In this document: positions 22,016-34,738 of the stretch, piece after piece
Position numbering within the stretch: the first letter of the stretch is position 1
How the letters are laid out: every line of letters begins with the position of its first letter
Source of the DNA: Naegleria gruberi
Taxonomy: Eukaryota
Strand: one strand, 5' to 3'
Assembly: GCA_000004985.1 (NCBI GenBank)
Contig: GG738866.1
DNA: 64,000 nucleotides
Made by a program: the position numbers and the translations under genes
The notes under the pieces: generated by a model
The model's database searches: none
What the model saw: only the letters and a program-made list of their open reading frames with translations
Told to the model about the DNA's origin: nothing

Positions 22016-23552
22016 TTAACACTTGGTATTTATTTGAATATCTGAAAAGTTGTTATTGCCAAGCTTTTGATAAATGGTATGACAAAACTTTTCTAAAATA
22101 ATGTACATAAACTGATGACCGCTAAATAAACGTAGTTTTGAAGTGAAACAACCACATTCACATGAGTGATCATGTTTTGGTTTTCTTACCTCATTGAAAT
22201 CATATCCTTGCTTGGGAATGACTCTGTTTTGATTATATTCCCATGCTGACTCAATTATTCCCTCTGGATTGAGAATATTCACAAATACAGAGGTTTCATT
22301 TTGGGTGAGTAGAACAGTTCTTGAATTGGAGAGTGTGGAAACTGATGCTATTTTGACATTTGGTGAAATTCTACGTACGATTGGTTCTTTACACTTTGCA
22401 CTGGTTATGAGAATCTCAAGTTTGTCCATTGATACCATTACAGTATGATCCTTACCACACTGCACATCAGAAAATGTTCCATTAATCAAGAATGGTTCAG
22501 AAATTTTGTTAATGTTGAAAGAGGCACAACATTGATTCTTCTGGTTCGATCCAAATATGAAGAGCTTTCCATTTTCTAATAAAACAGCACTATGATTACT
22601 TCCACAATCAATCTTCTTGATTGGCTCTTCAAATTTCTTAATTTCCTGAGGTGAGTTCACACAACCTTGCAGCTTACTCAATTGACCCATTGAACTATCT
22701 CCACACCCAAAAAGATAAAACTCCTTTCTACCTTCATTATTATACTTTTCAACAATGAACAGTGAATGATTCATTCCAGTTGCAATATCCACCACTCTAA
22801 ATGTCTTGTTTGGAACATGATAAAGTATTGAATTTCTATTTCCACCAAAGAAACAACTAATTGGATAGCAAACATTAGTCGACATGAAAGATCCAATACC
22901 CAGTTGACCACAGTGATTAACATTTGAACAGGAATACAATCTTCCTTCCCTTGTTAAAAAGATGGAATGATTAAACTTTGAAGAAACCTTCACAATCTCA
23001 TCTCTCAAAGATGATTTTGTAAACTTGTTAACTTCTGACAAGTAAAATTGATCCAGAGCTAACTGACAATAACTATTATCCCCAATTGACAAAACCCTTC
23101 CATTTTCCAATAGCATGATTGCATGTCTCTCCCCACAAGCCATCTCACTCACTCTCGACTCATTTCTACTCAATAATTCTTCAACACTACACAATGGAAA
23201 TAACTCTTCATAATTTCCCCTATTCTTTACTGCCAATTGATCTGTGATTAAATTTCACATCCACACCCACACACACGAACCAAAATTCAATATAATTCAA
23301 TATTATTAAGATAAGACGATGATTATGATTGTAAAAAAACTCACACTTGGAATTATCACCACATCCCAACACAATTGTTGAATAACTCTCAAAGTGATTT
23401 CGTGCTGCCCTTCTTCCTCTCCTCTCATCCAAAGTAAGCAAACAACTCTGTTGATTCATCCATGGTGATAATGATGATGATGATGATGATGAAGGAACAT
23501 TACAATGACTCTCATGTGCAATTCTTCCATCATCTCTCTCCAGCATACTCAC
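22016..23552 (-). CDS. RCC1-repeat (beta-propeller) protein. Two exons (23345..23552, 22016..23241) with a 102-nt GTGAGT..CAG intron.
   Basis: Repeated RCC1-type motifs (LGCGDNSKYQLA across the splice, SIGDNSYCQLALD, CSNVNHCGQLG, GCGDSSMGQLS, GSNQKNQCC). The start may lie further upstream. Confidence 0.6.
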
Positions 23553-24089
23553 AAAAATTCGTGTCGTTATGTTTTTTTAAACTTTTCCGTAATAATCCCA
23601 ACTCTCTTACTGCAATTGTACTGTTGAGTTGTTTGAGATGCTGATTTGAAAAACTACTATGGCTGATAGAGTTCGCAACCAGAGGAAGATTGGGTAAATG
23701 GTAGAGTGAGCGACAAGTTGTGAATTTTCAAAATTGTTGGAATTTTTAACTGTGAAATTTGGCGAATTTGCTGAAAATGGAGCGATTTGGGATAATTGAA
23801 AGAACAATTTTCAGAAAAATTTACTAATTGAATGGTTGTATTGTAATAAGGTGAGTGGTGAACCTTTGGTTTGGTATTTGAATTCAAAAGGTCAACAATG
23901 GAAAATGAGATTATTTTAGATCTTGGTTGTATATTGAAATTTATTGTAAAGTGAGCACACACCAATCAACCTTTCTGACCTGCCATTACAAAATCAATTC
24001 ACTGTCCATATGAACTCTTTCCTTATCAAAAGTTCAAGTTTTCTAAGAAAACAACAACAATAAGAATTTCAAAGTTCATTCCTCAATCT

Positions 24090-24404
24090 TTGAAAAAATC
24101 ATCATCAATAATAACAACAATTGCCCATCAAGACATGACAATAGAACAAAAGAAGATACTTTTATTTGCCAACTCATCAAAGAGACAAAAGTATTTGAAC
24201 AAGTTTTATACGGAGAGGAATATTGCCATTCCAACATGTCCCAAATGTTCATCGAAAGAATTTATCATTCCGTGCTTGAGAGGAGAACCAAATGATGAAA
24301 TGTTTAAAGCTGCCAGTGAAGGATATGTATATTTGAGTGGTTGTTGTCGATCGGCTCGAGGATATTGTGTTGCATGTAAGGAATTAATTGACGTTACAGA
24401 ATAA
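24090..24404 (+). CDS. Small Cys-rich (zinc-ribbon-like) hypothetical protein, ~90-104 aa.
   Basis: CPKCSSKEF..IPCLRGE...GCCRSARGYCVACKEL contains CxxC...C...CC...CxxC spacing. No homolog recognised. It lies in an otherwise AT-rich intergenic context. Confidence 0.3.
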   Translation: MKKSSSIITTIAHQDMTIEQKKILLFANSSKRQKYLNKFYTERNIAIPTCPKCSSKEFIIPCLRGEPNDEMFKAASEGYVYLSGCCRSARGYCVACKELIDVTE

Positions 24405-24433
24405 AAAGAAGCAAGAAAATAATAATTGATGAA

Positions 24434-24565
24434 GAAAATAAAAAAGTATTGAGTGGAGATGCGGGGTATCGATCCCCGTACCTCTTCCATGCTAAAGAAG
24501 CGCTCTACCATGTGAGCTACATCCCCTTCACATTCACTTTGAAAATTTTCCTATCAAGAATAACT
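24434..24565. repeat. Copy 2 of the duplicated ~130-bp tRNA-Ala cassette.
   Basis: Compare 3354..3485. The flanks gaaaataaaaagtattgag...ttgaaaattttcYtatcaagaataac are shared. Confidence 0.8.
24453..24525 (-). tRNA. tRNA-Ala (anticodon AGC), second identical copy.
   Basis: Identical 73-nt sequence to 3374..3446 (G3:U70, anticodon AGC), with a T-run 3' on the tRNA strand. Confidence 0.9.
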
Positions 24566-24853
24566 ATCAATCTCCTATCATACTTACACTTGTTATTAAT
24601 TGTTAATAACAATATTAAAAACGAAAGAGAATGGATATCGTTGTGAAATAGAATCCTCTGCTGCTATGAACATATCGCAGTTCTATTACCCAAAAAAATT
24701 CATCACACTGTTGCGTGGTTTTCATCATCTCCTAAAAACCACACACAAACAACATCATCTTTTTCGACCGAATATTAGAGATTTCTATATTGAAGGTGGA
24801 GGATATATTTAAACTATTAAATAGTAGTAGTAAATTTCGAACGATAAGAAGAA

Positions 24854-27808
24854 ATGGGTATTTGCGGAAGTAAAGAGCCTCATCACAAGAAGAGTATCAA
24901 CGATATCTATGCTGATGCTAATGAGCGCCATGAAACCTCTAAGAATTTAATTTCGAGCTTGACTCTTCGTGCTGTTACCTATCCTGATCAATTGCCAAGT
25001 ATTGGAGCAACTCTTGAAGCTAGGATTAAACAAGATTATCAAAAGGGAAATGAATTGTAAGTTGTTTTAATAATAACAACAACAATAACCTGGCATCAAT
25101 ATTGTTATTATATAATAATATATTTATTTACTTTATTAATAATATTGACTGTCATCAATTGATAATATTATAAATTTATAATAATAACAATAATACGATA
25201 TCAACAAATTGGATTACTTTAGTAACGTTGCCGTTGGATGTGATATATTTTACGAATTGATTAACACCCGATCAGATCTGAGTTATTTCGTAGTGAATGT
25301 TGATAATATTATTACCTTGTTAATTGATGGGAAAAACGCAAAATTAAAGAAGAGAGCTGTCAATTTGCTCACAAGTGCTGTAGATAATGCTTCGGGAGCT
25401 TCTATTAGAACATTTAACAAGTACGAATTGAAACTTATTGACTTGGTAAAGTGTGAGGATTTAGAGTAAGTGTCATATCATCAACTGATTGAAAATTTAA
25501 CAATTATCATAGTCTTAAAGTAATTAGTATTAATGCAATCACTAAAATGATTCCTAAACTTGAATCTCTGGGAGTTGCACCAGTTATACCTGTATTATTA
25601 TTAACAATTAATGGTTATTTGGAAAAATCTACACAAGTATATGATGACACTATGATATTTAGAATTCCTAATGTTGATTTTTCTAAACTCACTGCTGAAA
25701 GTGCTACAAAAGTTTCTATTGAATGTTTGGGTGCTATTGCTAGACAAGCCAACGACAGCACCATTCGTCACGTATTGAAACCTATTTGGGATTTCCTTGA
25801 TGATCAAAATAGATGGGTCTCTAAACCAGAATTAGTGAGATCTATTATGAGAATTATTGTTCAATCATCAAATGAATGGTCCAGTAAGGGATATGTCATT
25901 GTTTCTGCAAATATGCAACATTTTGAAGAAATTCTTGATAGAGCTCAAAAGGCAGGAATGATTCGTGCCAATATTTTCATCATCTCTATACAATCAAAGA
26001 AGGGTGCAACAAGTGGTGCTCGTGCTTTTGAAGCAGTTGCCCAATTGATTAACACTCTCAAGAGCAACTTTGTATCTAGTACTCCAAAAATTTCACCAAC
26101 TCAATATGAAGAAATTCTCAAAACTGACGCCTTGACTTCTTCTGTTTTGGAATGTCTCAACATTATTGCTCAACGTGGTAAATTTACTCAACAAAACGTT
26201 TCATTAATGGATTCTATTCAACAATTAATTCGTCAGCAAGAGGGTAAAATTACAGTATCTGACTTTACTCGTAACGTTCAAGGATTGATTGAATCGGAAC
26301 AATTGTCACCAAATATTATTCAACATTTATTACTTGTTGATTGCTTGTTAAATGTTGCCAAGATTGGTGCTTACATTTTGAGTCAAAATACCAGTAACTC
26401 TTCCAACACTAATCAATCCAACACTGGAAATGTTCCAGCTGGATCCTCAGGTAACAATAATGCTCAATCAAACAATAACGAATTTTTCTTCCCATCCCAT
26501 TTAGTGAATGCTCTTTTGGAATCGAGTGTCAAACCAAATTCCTCTGTCTATGTTAGAGTCAAGTATTTGAATGTATTCCTTGCCATGCTTTCAACCAAAG
26601 AACCTTACCTCCCAGAACAATCTCCAAATATTGGTACATCAGATAAAAAACCAGCCATGTCTCCAGCAATCATTGAAGATATTGATGCCAGCAATAGTGC
26701 TGCAATCAAAACTCGTATTACCATTTCCAAAAGTCAAAGAGCCAAGATATATGTCTACATTTACAAGGGATTGTTTTTAAATGATAATCTTCCAGAAAAT
26801 TTTGCAGCCATCGCCAGAATTTTGAGAAATATGTTAAAGCACTATAGAAATAAGGAAATTGAAAATGCCTTGCCAATGCTCTTCAAACTTCAAGAAGCTG
26901 CTGTACAAACAGCCTCCTCTACCACATCAACTGGTTCATCCAACACTGCTTCAGCTGCCAATGATGAGGAACCAACACCATTAGAAACTGTTGAAAAGCA
27001 ACAAACTATGCACGTCAGACACAAGCTCATGATCCATACTCTCATTGTTACATATTTACTCTGCTTGGCTGAATTGTATAATTCTAAGGAATTGGAACAA
27101 TATATCAAATCTATTATGGATACTAGAATTCAACAAGGATTACTCACCAAGACAGTTCTTAGCACTTTTGAAAAGAGACACAATAGTGGAAATTCTATCG
27201 AAGCAATGAAGGCACAAGCTTCAGAGGAAGAAAAATTGAAGGAATATACTCAATCATTTGCTTCACTGATAGCTATCAGTGATAAGGCAGCTGCTTCTAT
27301 TGACAAGATTGAACTCGTTTCACAAGACAAGGTTTGTGAATTGTTGTGCAAGATTGAAACTTTGAAGGAAACCTATGGTGATGTTGCAGGTGTCACTAAG
27401 GTTGTAAAGAAGGCATTTACTGGAGATTCTATTACCAAGACAACCACTGTAGTAGTAACTGATGAAGAAAATACCAAACCAATTGATGATCCATGGTATG
27501 GACATGCTACTGATGAAAAGTCAGCTCAAGTTGTTCAAGTAATTGAAGGTTTGGATATTGACCAATTGGCAAACAAAACAAAGAATGTTTCAAGAGATTC
27601 TTTACAAATTAATCAAGTGCAACTTGATCTTTCAACCTCTCTTGCTGGAAGTCTTTCTAAGAGAAGAGAAGAAAAGAGCAAGATTTTAGATTCGATATTG
27701 GATGCTGTTCCTTCCGATTTATACGATAGTGACGATGAGGAATTGGAAGAAATTGAACAACAACCAAGGCTCTTCCTTTTCGATTCGGCACAATTTATCA
27801 ATGTTTAA
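24854..27808 (+). CDS. efr3: EFR3 homolog (plasma-membrane PI4-kinase scaffold). Three exons (24854..25056, 25223..25465, ~25513..27808).
   Basis: An N-terminal MGICGSK acylation motif is followed by KKSINDIYADANE...YPDQLPSIGATLEARIKQDYQKG. This resembles the EFR3 N-terminus (C-rich lipidation site, RLVDNIFP...APEKLDRIGSYLAERL). Phase-2 GTAAGT introns of 166 and ~47 nt; the second acceptor is ambiguous (25512 vs 25527). Long helical-repeat body. Confidence 0.6.
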
Positions 27809-27829
27809 ATTAAAGGTTTATTTACATTT

Positions 27830-30244
27830 TTATTTCTTATATTGAGTTGTTCTCTTCTTGTAAGGTACAGTAGATGTCTTTTTCTTCTTTTCTAATAAGA
27901 CATCATTTGGTGTTGTTACAATAATTGGAGCATGTCTGCCTTCTTCATTAATCCTGACACTCTTGAATTCACTCATCACAACATTTTCATTGTTGTTGAC
28001 CTTCTTCATTGTGTAATCGAATAAACTATTTTGAGTAATTCTCTTAAAATTCCATGTAATTAAATAAGGACCAGTTGATGTAACAATCCACAATTCACCA
28101 TCAATACCACTATTGAATTTAGCAGGCTTGAAAGATACTGAACCACCAACTTGTTTGATATCTTCTGGTAAAAGTTGAATCTTTCTTGGAATTGGTTTGT
28201 TCTTACCCATTCTTTCAGTGAATCCAGTAGTATCACTATTAGGCATTGAAGTGTTGATAACCATCAAATAAGTCTTGCATGTAGCAACAACCCATTCACC
28301 ATTATAAGTCACATCAATACCAATGATTTCATCACCCAAACCTGGAAGCAAGGTCTTGGCTGATTTTGGATGGGTTCCCTTCTTTCCAGTCTTGTCAAGG
28401 TTTGGAATACCACTGAACATTCTAATTTCACCCTTTTCACTACCGACAACAAGTCTTCCATCAGAAGTAGTTGCAAAGCAAGAGAATTGTGGTTTAGAAT
28501 TTGAGGTGATGGCAGAAATATTACCAACAACCTTATCAGAACCGTGAATACGAGGATCAAGTGCAAAAACAGCATTATCATTGAGTGCACCAAACACCTG
28601 AGTTGGTAATTGGTCGCCAAACTTTTCGGTTGGCTTAATTTCAGTAATTGGAACATAATCTTGGAAGGTATTCCATGTTTCAACAACTTCACCTCTTGTA
28701 ATATCCATTCTATATACCTTACCACAATGATCTTCATTATCTTGATCCTTGTGAAGGAACAACAAGTCACGATCTTGATTATGAAGCATGGCCTTGTATG
28801 GAACAAAGAGTTCACCTTTTGTGGTGCTAACATTCTTGATTTGAGTATCGAAAACTGGGTGATCAGTATCATCATCTCTCTTGAATACGCCAATATCACT
28901 GCCTCTAATGACAAATGTTCTTTCTCTTTGAGAACTGTCCAACATGAATGAGTTGGTATATTTTGGTAAACCAGGTTGTTTTCCACCAGATGGAACAACC
29001 TCCTCTTCGTCTTCACTTTCTTCTTCTTCTTCAGAATCAGAAATAAAATCTACATAATCTTCATCTTCATAATCCAAATCTTGCAAATATTTTGAGCTGT
29101 TTCCAATAGATTGATCAATTGCAGATGTTTTAACAAGCATTTCTTGATCTTCAATGGCAAGTTTGAAGAAATCATTACAAGTGTTAAATTCATAAATCGA
29201 TCTACTCAAATTAGTCTTGAATTCTGACTCTTCATCCAAATTTTTGAAAATCAAACTCCATGAAGAGAATGGATTTGTAAAGTTCCAAGTAATTGAGTGG
29301 AATTGATTGTAGAATTGAGCATTCATTTCACTGTTAATATCTTGAATGATCAGTCTTTCGTCTCCAATACTAATATCCATAACATAGTCAAAGTTTGAAT
29401 CACCTTCTTCATCTAACACTTCATAAATTGTAGCAGTAACATTTTCTCTCTTCAATTCATAAATGTGAGTCTTTTCATCTAACAAGTATAAATCACATTT
29501 GGCAGAACAAATTTCTTCCAATTTACCACCAATAGATTTTTCATATGATTTCTTTCTTGTTTGCTCATCACCAATTTGCAAAGATGGATACAATGATTGT
29601 GAAGGTTGAGTTGTTGGTTGTGTTGCAACAGGTGGTTTGACAGATGATGTTTCTTTAACAGGGAGTGTAGCAACAGTTTTTGGACTTGGTTTAGATTCAA
29701 CAACTGTTGGCTTATTGACAACAGGACTCGATGCAGTTTTAAACATCACAAGAGTATCCACATCAAATGGCAATTCTGTATCCATCAACAAATCGTCATA
29801 GCTATCCTTTTCCTCATCAAAATCTCTATCTTCTCTATTTTCAAAGATGCATTCATAAGCCAATCTAGAAAGACATTTTGACAATTCGTAATTCTTCTCA
29901 GAGAATTTGAAAACCCAAATAGTATTACCATTCACCCAACAATAGGCAATCACAACAGGTTGATCAACAACTTGACCAAATTCCATTGCTTCCTCCAACA
30001 AGAAACTAATCTTTTCCTTATCAAATTCCTTGTTTTTAATCACCAATTCAATGTCTCTTCCCTTGCTTTCTGATTTATCAATAATTAATTGTGCCTTCAT
30101 AATGGCAGTCTTCGGATTTTTAGATTTGGTTACATATTCGATCAAGGTTCCATCCACAGCAATCTTTTCGTTATAAGAAGATGATGATGATGATTTACCA
30201 CCAGCACTTCCTCCACCTATTAAATTGCTGATGTAGGAAAACAT
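27830..30244 (-). CDS. vid27: VID27 (vacuolar import and degradation 27)-like cytoplasmic protein.
   Basis: The C-terminal half (VIRGSDIGVFKR...AKTLLPGLGDEIIGIDVTYNGEWVVATCKTYLMVI...LWIVTSTGPYLITWNFKRI) matches the VID27 family domain motif by motif. Acidic EEEEE stretch. Single exon. Confidence 0.8.
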   Translation of the reverse strand: MFSYISNLIGGGSAGGKSSSSSSYNEKIAVDGTLIEYVTKSKNPKTAIMKAQLIIDKSESKGRDIELVIKNKEFDKEKISFLLEEAMEFGQVVDQPVVIAYCWVNGNTIWVFKFSEKNYELSKCLSRLAYECIFENREDRDFDEEKDSYDDLLMDTELPFDVDTLVMFKTASSPVVNKPTVVESKPSPKTVATLPVKETSSVKPPVATQPTTQPSQSLYPSLQIGDEQTRKKSYEKSIGGKLEEICSAKCDLYLLDEKTHIYELKRENVTATIYEVLDEEGDSNFDYVMDISIGDERLIIQDINSEMNAQFYNQFHSITWNFTNPFSSWSLIFKNLDEESEFKTNLSRSIYEFNTCNDFFKLAIEDQEMLVKTSAIDQSIGNSSKYLQDLDYEDEDYVDFISDSEEEEESEDEEEVVPSGGKQPGLPKYTNSFMLDSSQRERTFVIRGSDIGVFKRDDDTDHPVFDTQIKNVSTTKGELFVPYKAMLHNQDRDLLFLHKDQDNEDHCGKVYRMDITRGEVVETWNTFQDYVPITEIKPTEKFGDQLPTQVFGALNDNAVFALDPRIHGSDKVVGNISAITSNSKPQFSCFATTSDGRLVVGSEKGEIRMFSGIPNLDKTGKKGTHPKSAKTLLPGLGDEIIGIDVTYNGEWVVATCKTYLMVINTSMPNSDTTGFTERMGKNKPIPRKIQLLPEDIKQVGGSVSFKPAKFNSGIDGELWIVTSTGPYLITWNFKRITQNSLFDYTMKKVNNNENVVMSEFKSVRINEEGRHAPIIVTTPNDVLLEKKKKTSTVPYKKRTTQYKK

Positions 30245-31295
30245 TTTTTTCTTGTTGGAAATTCTAAAAATATTCAGAAATTGATCTATAAAAGCAAAAA
30301 TGAAAAATTCTTGAGGGCGGAATTCTTAGATGCTATTGAATATTGTTTGAACGCAAATAAATTTGTGGATAGAGTATTGAGATGATATTAATATTTCAAC
30401 ATCAAGGTTGTTCAATCTTCTCAATGAATTGTTTGATGGATAGGAAAGTTGTATGGAAAGATTGGAGTTTGGAATGTTAATATCATTGCTGCAATGAATT
30501 GTTTTTTCAATTACAACTTAAAGAACTCATTTTCTTACTCAATAGTTAAAAATCTTGGCTTTGTATATCCAAACAATCCAAAGAGTTGAAGAAATTAACA
30601 TTTGTTCAAACTTCACAATCAATTGTAACTATAATGATTTCATTCCTCAACAGAGAACAATCTAAAAAGGTCTTCTAAGGTTGATTCATTGAACGATTGA
30701 GAGTTTTGAAAAATTGTGGAAGGAGCTCCAATTATTCAAAGACCATTCTTCAATTACTTGGTAATCCTATTTTCGATCAATAAAATACTCACAACAAATT
30801 AAACGCAGATGGTTTTGTATGAAATATTTTTCTCATTTAATACTTTGAATTGGCAGTATTCGGCCTTCATTACTGCACATTTTCTTAATAGAGTTGTGAA
30901 CAAGTAAAAACGCAAACACGAAGTTGTAGTTGGAGGCGGGAAAAAAATTACCAACGGTAAGTGACGAGAAAAAGAAATTCAACCGTTGGTTACAAACAAG
31001 GTTAACTTTTTTAGAAGTGGCGAGCAGTGTTTGGATAGATTGCTTCGTCTACGAGAACGTAATTTTGATGAGCACTCATCTCGTCAAGGTCTCATCACAA
31101 CAATACGTTTCACTTTCTGTTGCCACAAGACAATATTCATTGAAAACAAGAAGAGCTAAATCTACTGGCTTTTTCAACGTTATCTTTCATGATTTATATT
31201 TAGTTTATTTACTTTTGATTCTTGTTCCTTTCTATTGGAGTTTTGAGTAGTGATAGATAACTTGCCCTCTCAAATCAAGGTCGAAAATCAAAAAG

Positions 31296-33395
31296 TTGAG
31301 CACTCGAGAGGAAATATCACTCACTATTTTCCCTCCTAAAAAACAATTGGCCTCTTGTCATCACAAAGTTACTAAGCAAGTTTTCAAAAAAAAACGCATG
31401 CCTTCGCCCCACAATAACGGTGAGGCTGTTATTGGAGCCAACAATACATCAGCAACATCGGCAACTTCATCTGCTCCAAATGACCAATATCATAATTCAT
31501 CATCCAATAATCAACAAACCAATACAATTTTACCACAACAAGAAGTAACCACAACGACCACCACCTCACTCACCACAAAACAAGCTTTAAAATCAAGCGT
31601 GTTAATGACTACTACCACTGCTGTTGTGTTAAACGGAACAAATAATGTTACTCCAACAATTAACACCCACACTTCTGTCTCCTCTACTTCATCCACAAGT
31701 ATTAATCCTGCTTCCGCTTCCTCTGCCATGAAACATCATCAACAACAACAACTTAGTAATTCATCAAATAATGCTCGACCACGTACACATAGTAATCCCC
31801 ATGCTTTTAGCTATAGGACCTCCCATCACCAACAACACTATGGTACAAATTCCCGTGATAACTTTTTCTCAAACCTTTTATCTTCTATATCGACAGACTC
31901 AAATGGTTCTAGTCGAAAGAAGGAATTTAAACAATCTATAACATTACTTCGTAATTTTATTGTTAGAAGTAGAAATGCCATTTTCCTGGTTCTACTTTTA
32001 CTTTGTGTAATTGCTTCCCTTTTATTCGTGTACAATTTACGTTCTGGTGTATTTACAAAGATTCAAAATACTATTACAACTAGTGTTGATGATAGTATGG
32101 ACTCTCTAGAAGAAGCTACAACAATTTACGACCATAGCACTTATGATGGATCTCTAATAGCGAATAGACACCATCAGGAACCTGTATCAAAGTCTACCTG
32201 GGAAAGTCTGCAGTCTTCAGACCCTAGAACAGATAAATTAGTGATGGGTGTAGATGAACAACCACAAGAAAAGAAGAAGAAGAATAAGAAAAAGGTGATA
32301 CAATCACAAACAGAAGAAGAACAAACACCACCAACAACAACAACAATTTCTGAACAAAACCCAAAGTTAATGATGGAAAATAACAAGGCAACAAAAACAA
32401 CCACACCTATTCAACCGGAAGGAGGTGTTAAAACAGAAGACATTAAGCCTTTACCATATATCAAACCTTTAAACCATCACGATATCCCACTTCCAACTAG
32501 AAAACCAACACCACAAGAAGAAAATGAAATTAATACGGATTTTAAGATTGATCATATTTATGTGATTAATTTGAAAATAAGAGAAGATAGAAGACAAAAA
32601 TCTATAAGACGTTTAAACACTTTAGGTGGTATATTTTCGAATTATACATTCTTTGAACCTGTATTTGGTGAAGCATTAACAGACCAAGATATTTTCAATC
32701 ATGTATCTATTACAACTTACAAGGCCATTTTGGAAGGAAGAAGTTTGGATTATCAACTTTCCACAAAGGGTGGTGTTGGTTGTTATCTTACACATACCAA
32801 CATCTGGAAGGATATGATTGAGAAAGGTTATGAGAGAATTTTAATATTTGAGGACGATTTTGAAATTACCAGTCCTTACGATGAAATTATGACCTATTTT
32901 TCACACTTACCAAAGAAATTTGATGTTGCTTTTATGTACTTCAGCTTGTTCCCTGGAAGTGGAGAATTTGAAAGATACAACGATTATTGGATGACAACAA
33001 CAGCCACTAGAGTTTATGGAGCAGCAAGTTACATCATTAATAGGGGTGCTGCAGAAAAATTGTTAGAAAAGGCTTTCCCAATCGATTTGCAATTAGATGC
33101 ATTTATCAATCACTATGTTACATTTACTGGAGGACTCAGATTGTACTCTAGTAAGCTTTTGTTCGGCCACGAGATAACCGAACTCTTCAAGACTAATGTA
33201 CAAGATTATTGTTGGAAATGCATTGCCAATAATTTGATGGATAACTTCCTTTCTGTAGAATTGGTCTTTAACGTATTTCTGATTATGATTGCAGTGGTTG
33301 TAGTTTTAGTGCTGTATGTTAAATTCTTTTCGAAAATTCTTGCTCGTAAACACGGAAAGCAAGATAGACTTGCCGAATGGGCACACGATGAATAA
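31296..33395 (+). CDS. Type II membrane glycosyltransferase, GT25 family, with a Ser/Thr/Asn/Gln-rich stem.
   Basis: TM near residue 225 (AIFLVLLLLCVIASLLFVY). Catalytic region IDHIYVINLKIREDRRQ...GVGCYLTHTNIWKDMIEKGYERILIFEDDFEI matches the GT25 (LPS/collagen galactosyltransferase-type) consensus. The start may be the internal Met at 31399. Confidence 0.65.
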   Translation: MSTREEISLTIFPPKKQLASCHHKVTKQVFKKKRMPSPHNNGEAVIGANNTSATSATSSAPNDQYHNSSSNNQQTNTILPQQEVTTTTTTSLTTKQALKSSVLMTTTTAVVLNGTNNVTPTINTHTSVSSTSSTSINPASASSAMKHHQQQQLSNSSNNARPRTHSNPHAFSYRTSHHQQHYGTNSRDNFFSNLLSSISTDSNGSSRKKEFKQSITLLRNFIVRSRNAIFLVLLLLCVIASLLFVYNLRSGVFTKIQNTITTSVDDSMDSLEEATTIYDHSTYDGSLIANRHHQEPVSKSTWESLQSSDPRTDKLVMGVDEQPQEKKKKNKKKVIQSQTEEEQTPPTTTTISEQNPKLMMENNKATKTTTPIQPEGGVKTEDIKPLPYIKPLNHHDIPLPTRKPTPQEENEINTDFKIDHIYVINLKIREDRRQKSIRRLNTLGGIFSNYTFFEPVFGEALTDQDIFNHVSITTYKAILEGRSLDYQLSTKGGVGCYLTHTNIWKDMIEKGYERILIFEDDFEITSPYDEIMTYFSHLPKKFDVAFMYFSLFPGSGEFERYNDYWMTTTATRVYGAASYIINRGAAEKLLEKAFPIDLQLDAFINHYVTFTGGLRLYSSKLLFGHEITELFKTNVQDYCWKCIANNLMDNFLSVELVFNVFLIMIAVVVVLVLYVKFFSKILARKHGKQDRLAEWAHDE

Positions 33396-33728
33396 TGCAT
33401 CACCACACCTTACCTTTGACTACTACTACTCTAGGATTACTCTGATGTTGTATTATATTGAGACACGATGACGATAATAAATATTGTCCAAATATAATGT
33501 AGATAAATTTATGAGCTATTTGAATTCGAAACACTGAGATTATATTCTCCATTAAGGCATCTCACAAATATCTTCATTCACCTCAAAATCATTGTAAAAT
33601 AGGATAGAAAAAGTACGCACGATCATTAGAAAATTAGAAAAAATACAGTGAAGAGAACACTTTGCATCAGCACTCTTTTCCTCTCCAATTTTAAATTAAT
33701 AATAATATATCAAATTGATATCGAATAG

Positions 33729-34594
33729 ATGATGGATTCACGTAAAACTGTTTTAATTACTGGAGGCTTGAACGGAATTGGTTTGGAAATTTCTCGTGCC
33801 TGTTTACAGAGTAAATTGTATAATATTTGTGTTGCCGATATTGCAATTCCACAAGAAGGTTCATTGCCAATCGATCCTTTCCAAAATATTGAAGAATCAC
33901 AAGGAAGATATCTTTTATTACATTGTGATGTTTCAAAGGAAGATCATGTACAACAAGTTGTCTCGAAAACAGTTGAAACTTTTTCTAGATTGGATGCAGT
34001 GATTAATAATGCAGCCATTTCTCATCCACACTATGGAGCTAAAGATATTACTGGTTTATCTTTGGAAGAATGGAATCGTACAGTTTCTATTAATTTGACA
34101 AGCATTTTCCTCACTACAAAGTATGCAGTCCCACATTTGAAACAATCAAAGGGATGTATCATTAACGTTTCAAGCACAAGAGCTTTGCAAAGTGAGGCCA
34201 ATACAGAAATTTATAGTGCCACTAAGGGTGCAGTATTATCGCTCACTCACTCCTTATCTATTAGTTTAGGACCAGAAATTAATGTAAATGCCATTTCTCC
34301 TGGTTGGATCGATGTTCAAGACCATCAACTTGGAAAGGAAAGAGAATATAATTTGAGAGATTTGGATCATCGTCAACATCCAGTCGGTCGTGTTGGAAGA
34401 GTAAGTATAATTTCACAATAATATTTTAAATAGTTCACAAATGAAAGCCTGAAGATGTCTCAAAATTATGCTTGTACTTGATTCAAGATGGATGTCAAGA
34501 AGGAGGTGGTTTCATCACTGGTCAAAACTTTGTCATTGATGGTGGTATGACAAAGAAGATGATTTATTTGGGTGAACCATGGTGGAATGAATAA
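33729..34594 (+). CDS. Short-chain dehydrogenase/reductase (SDR). Two exons (33729..34400, 34448..34594) with a 47-nt GTAAGT intron.
   Basis: Cofactor-binding motif [15 protein letters not shown], and catalytic Ser...YSATK. The splice restores HPVGRVGR|PEDVSKL (SDR C-terminal motif). TAA stop. Confidence 0.8.
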
Positions 34595-34738
34595 ATATAT
34601 TTATTTTTTGAATTTTGTAATTTTCAAGAATCTTGTTTATGATTTTGTAAGGAGTTTAGGAATAGCCTTATTCTTTGAAGGAATTAGAGAAAATAAGTTA
34701 AATAGTTGCAGATTTCAATTATTGAAATATTTAAAAAT

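Noticed and set aside
23560-24060. Possible ncRNA in the RCC1 upstream region (repetitive gaaatttggcgaatttgctgaaaatggagcgatttggg motifs).
   Set aside because: No recognisable snRNA/snoRNA/SRP box or stable cloverleaf. It is most simply a 5' UTR or promoter region.
28309-29016. 235-aa minus-strand ORF nested inside the VID27 gene.
   Set aside because: It is an alternative frame of a gene whose main frame carries the full VID27 domain.
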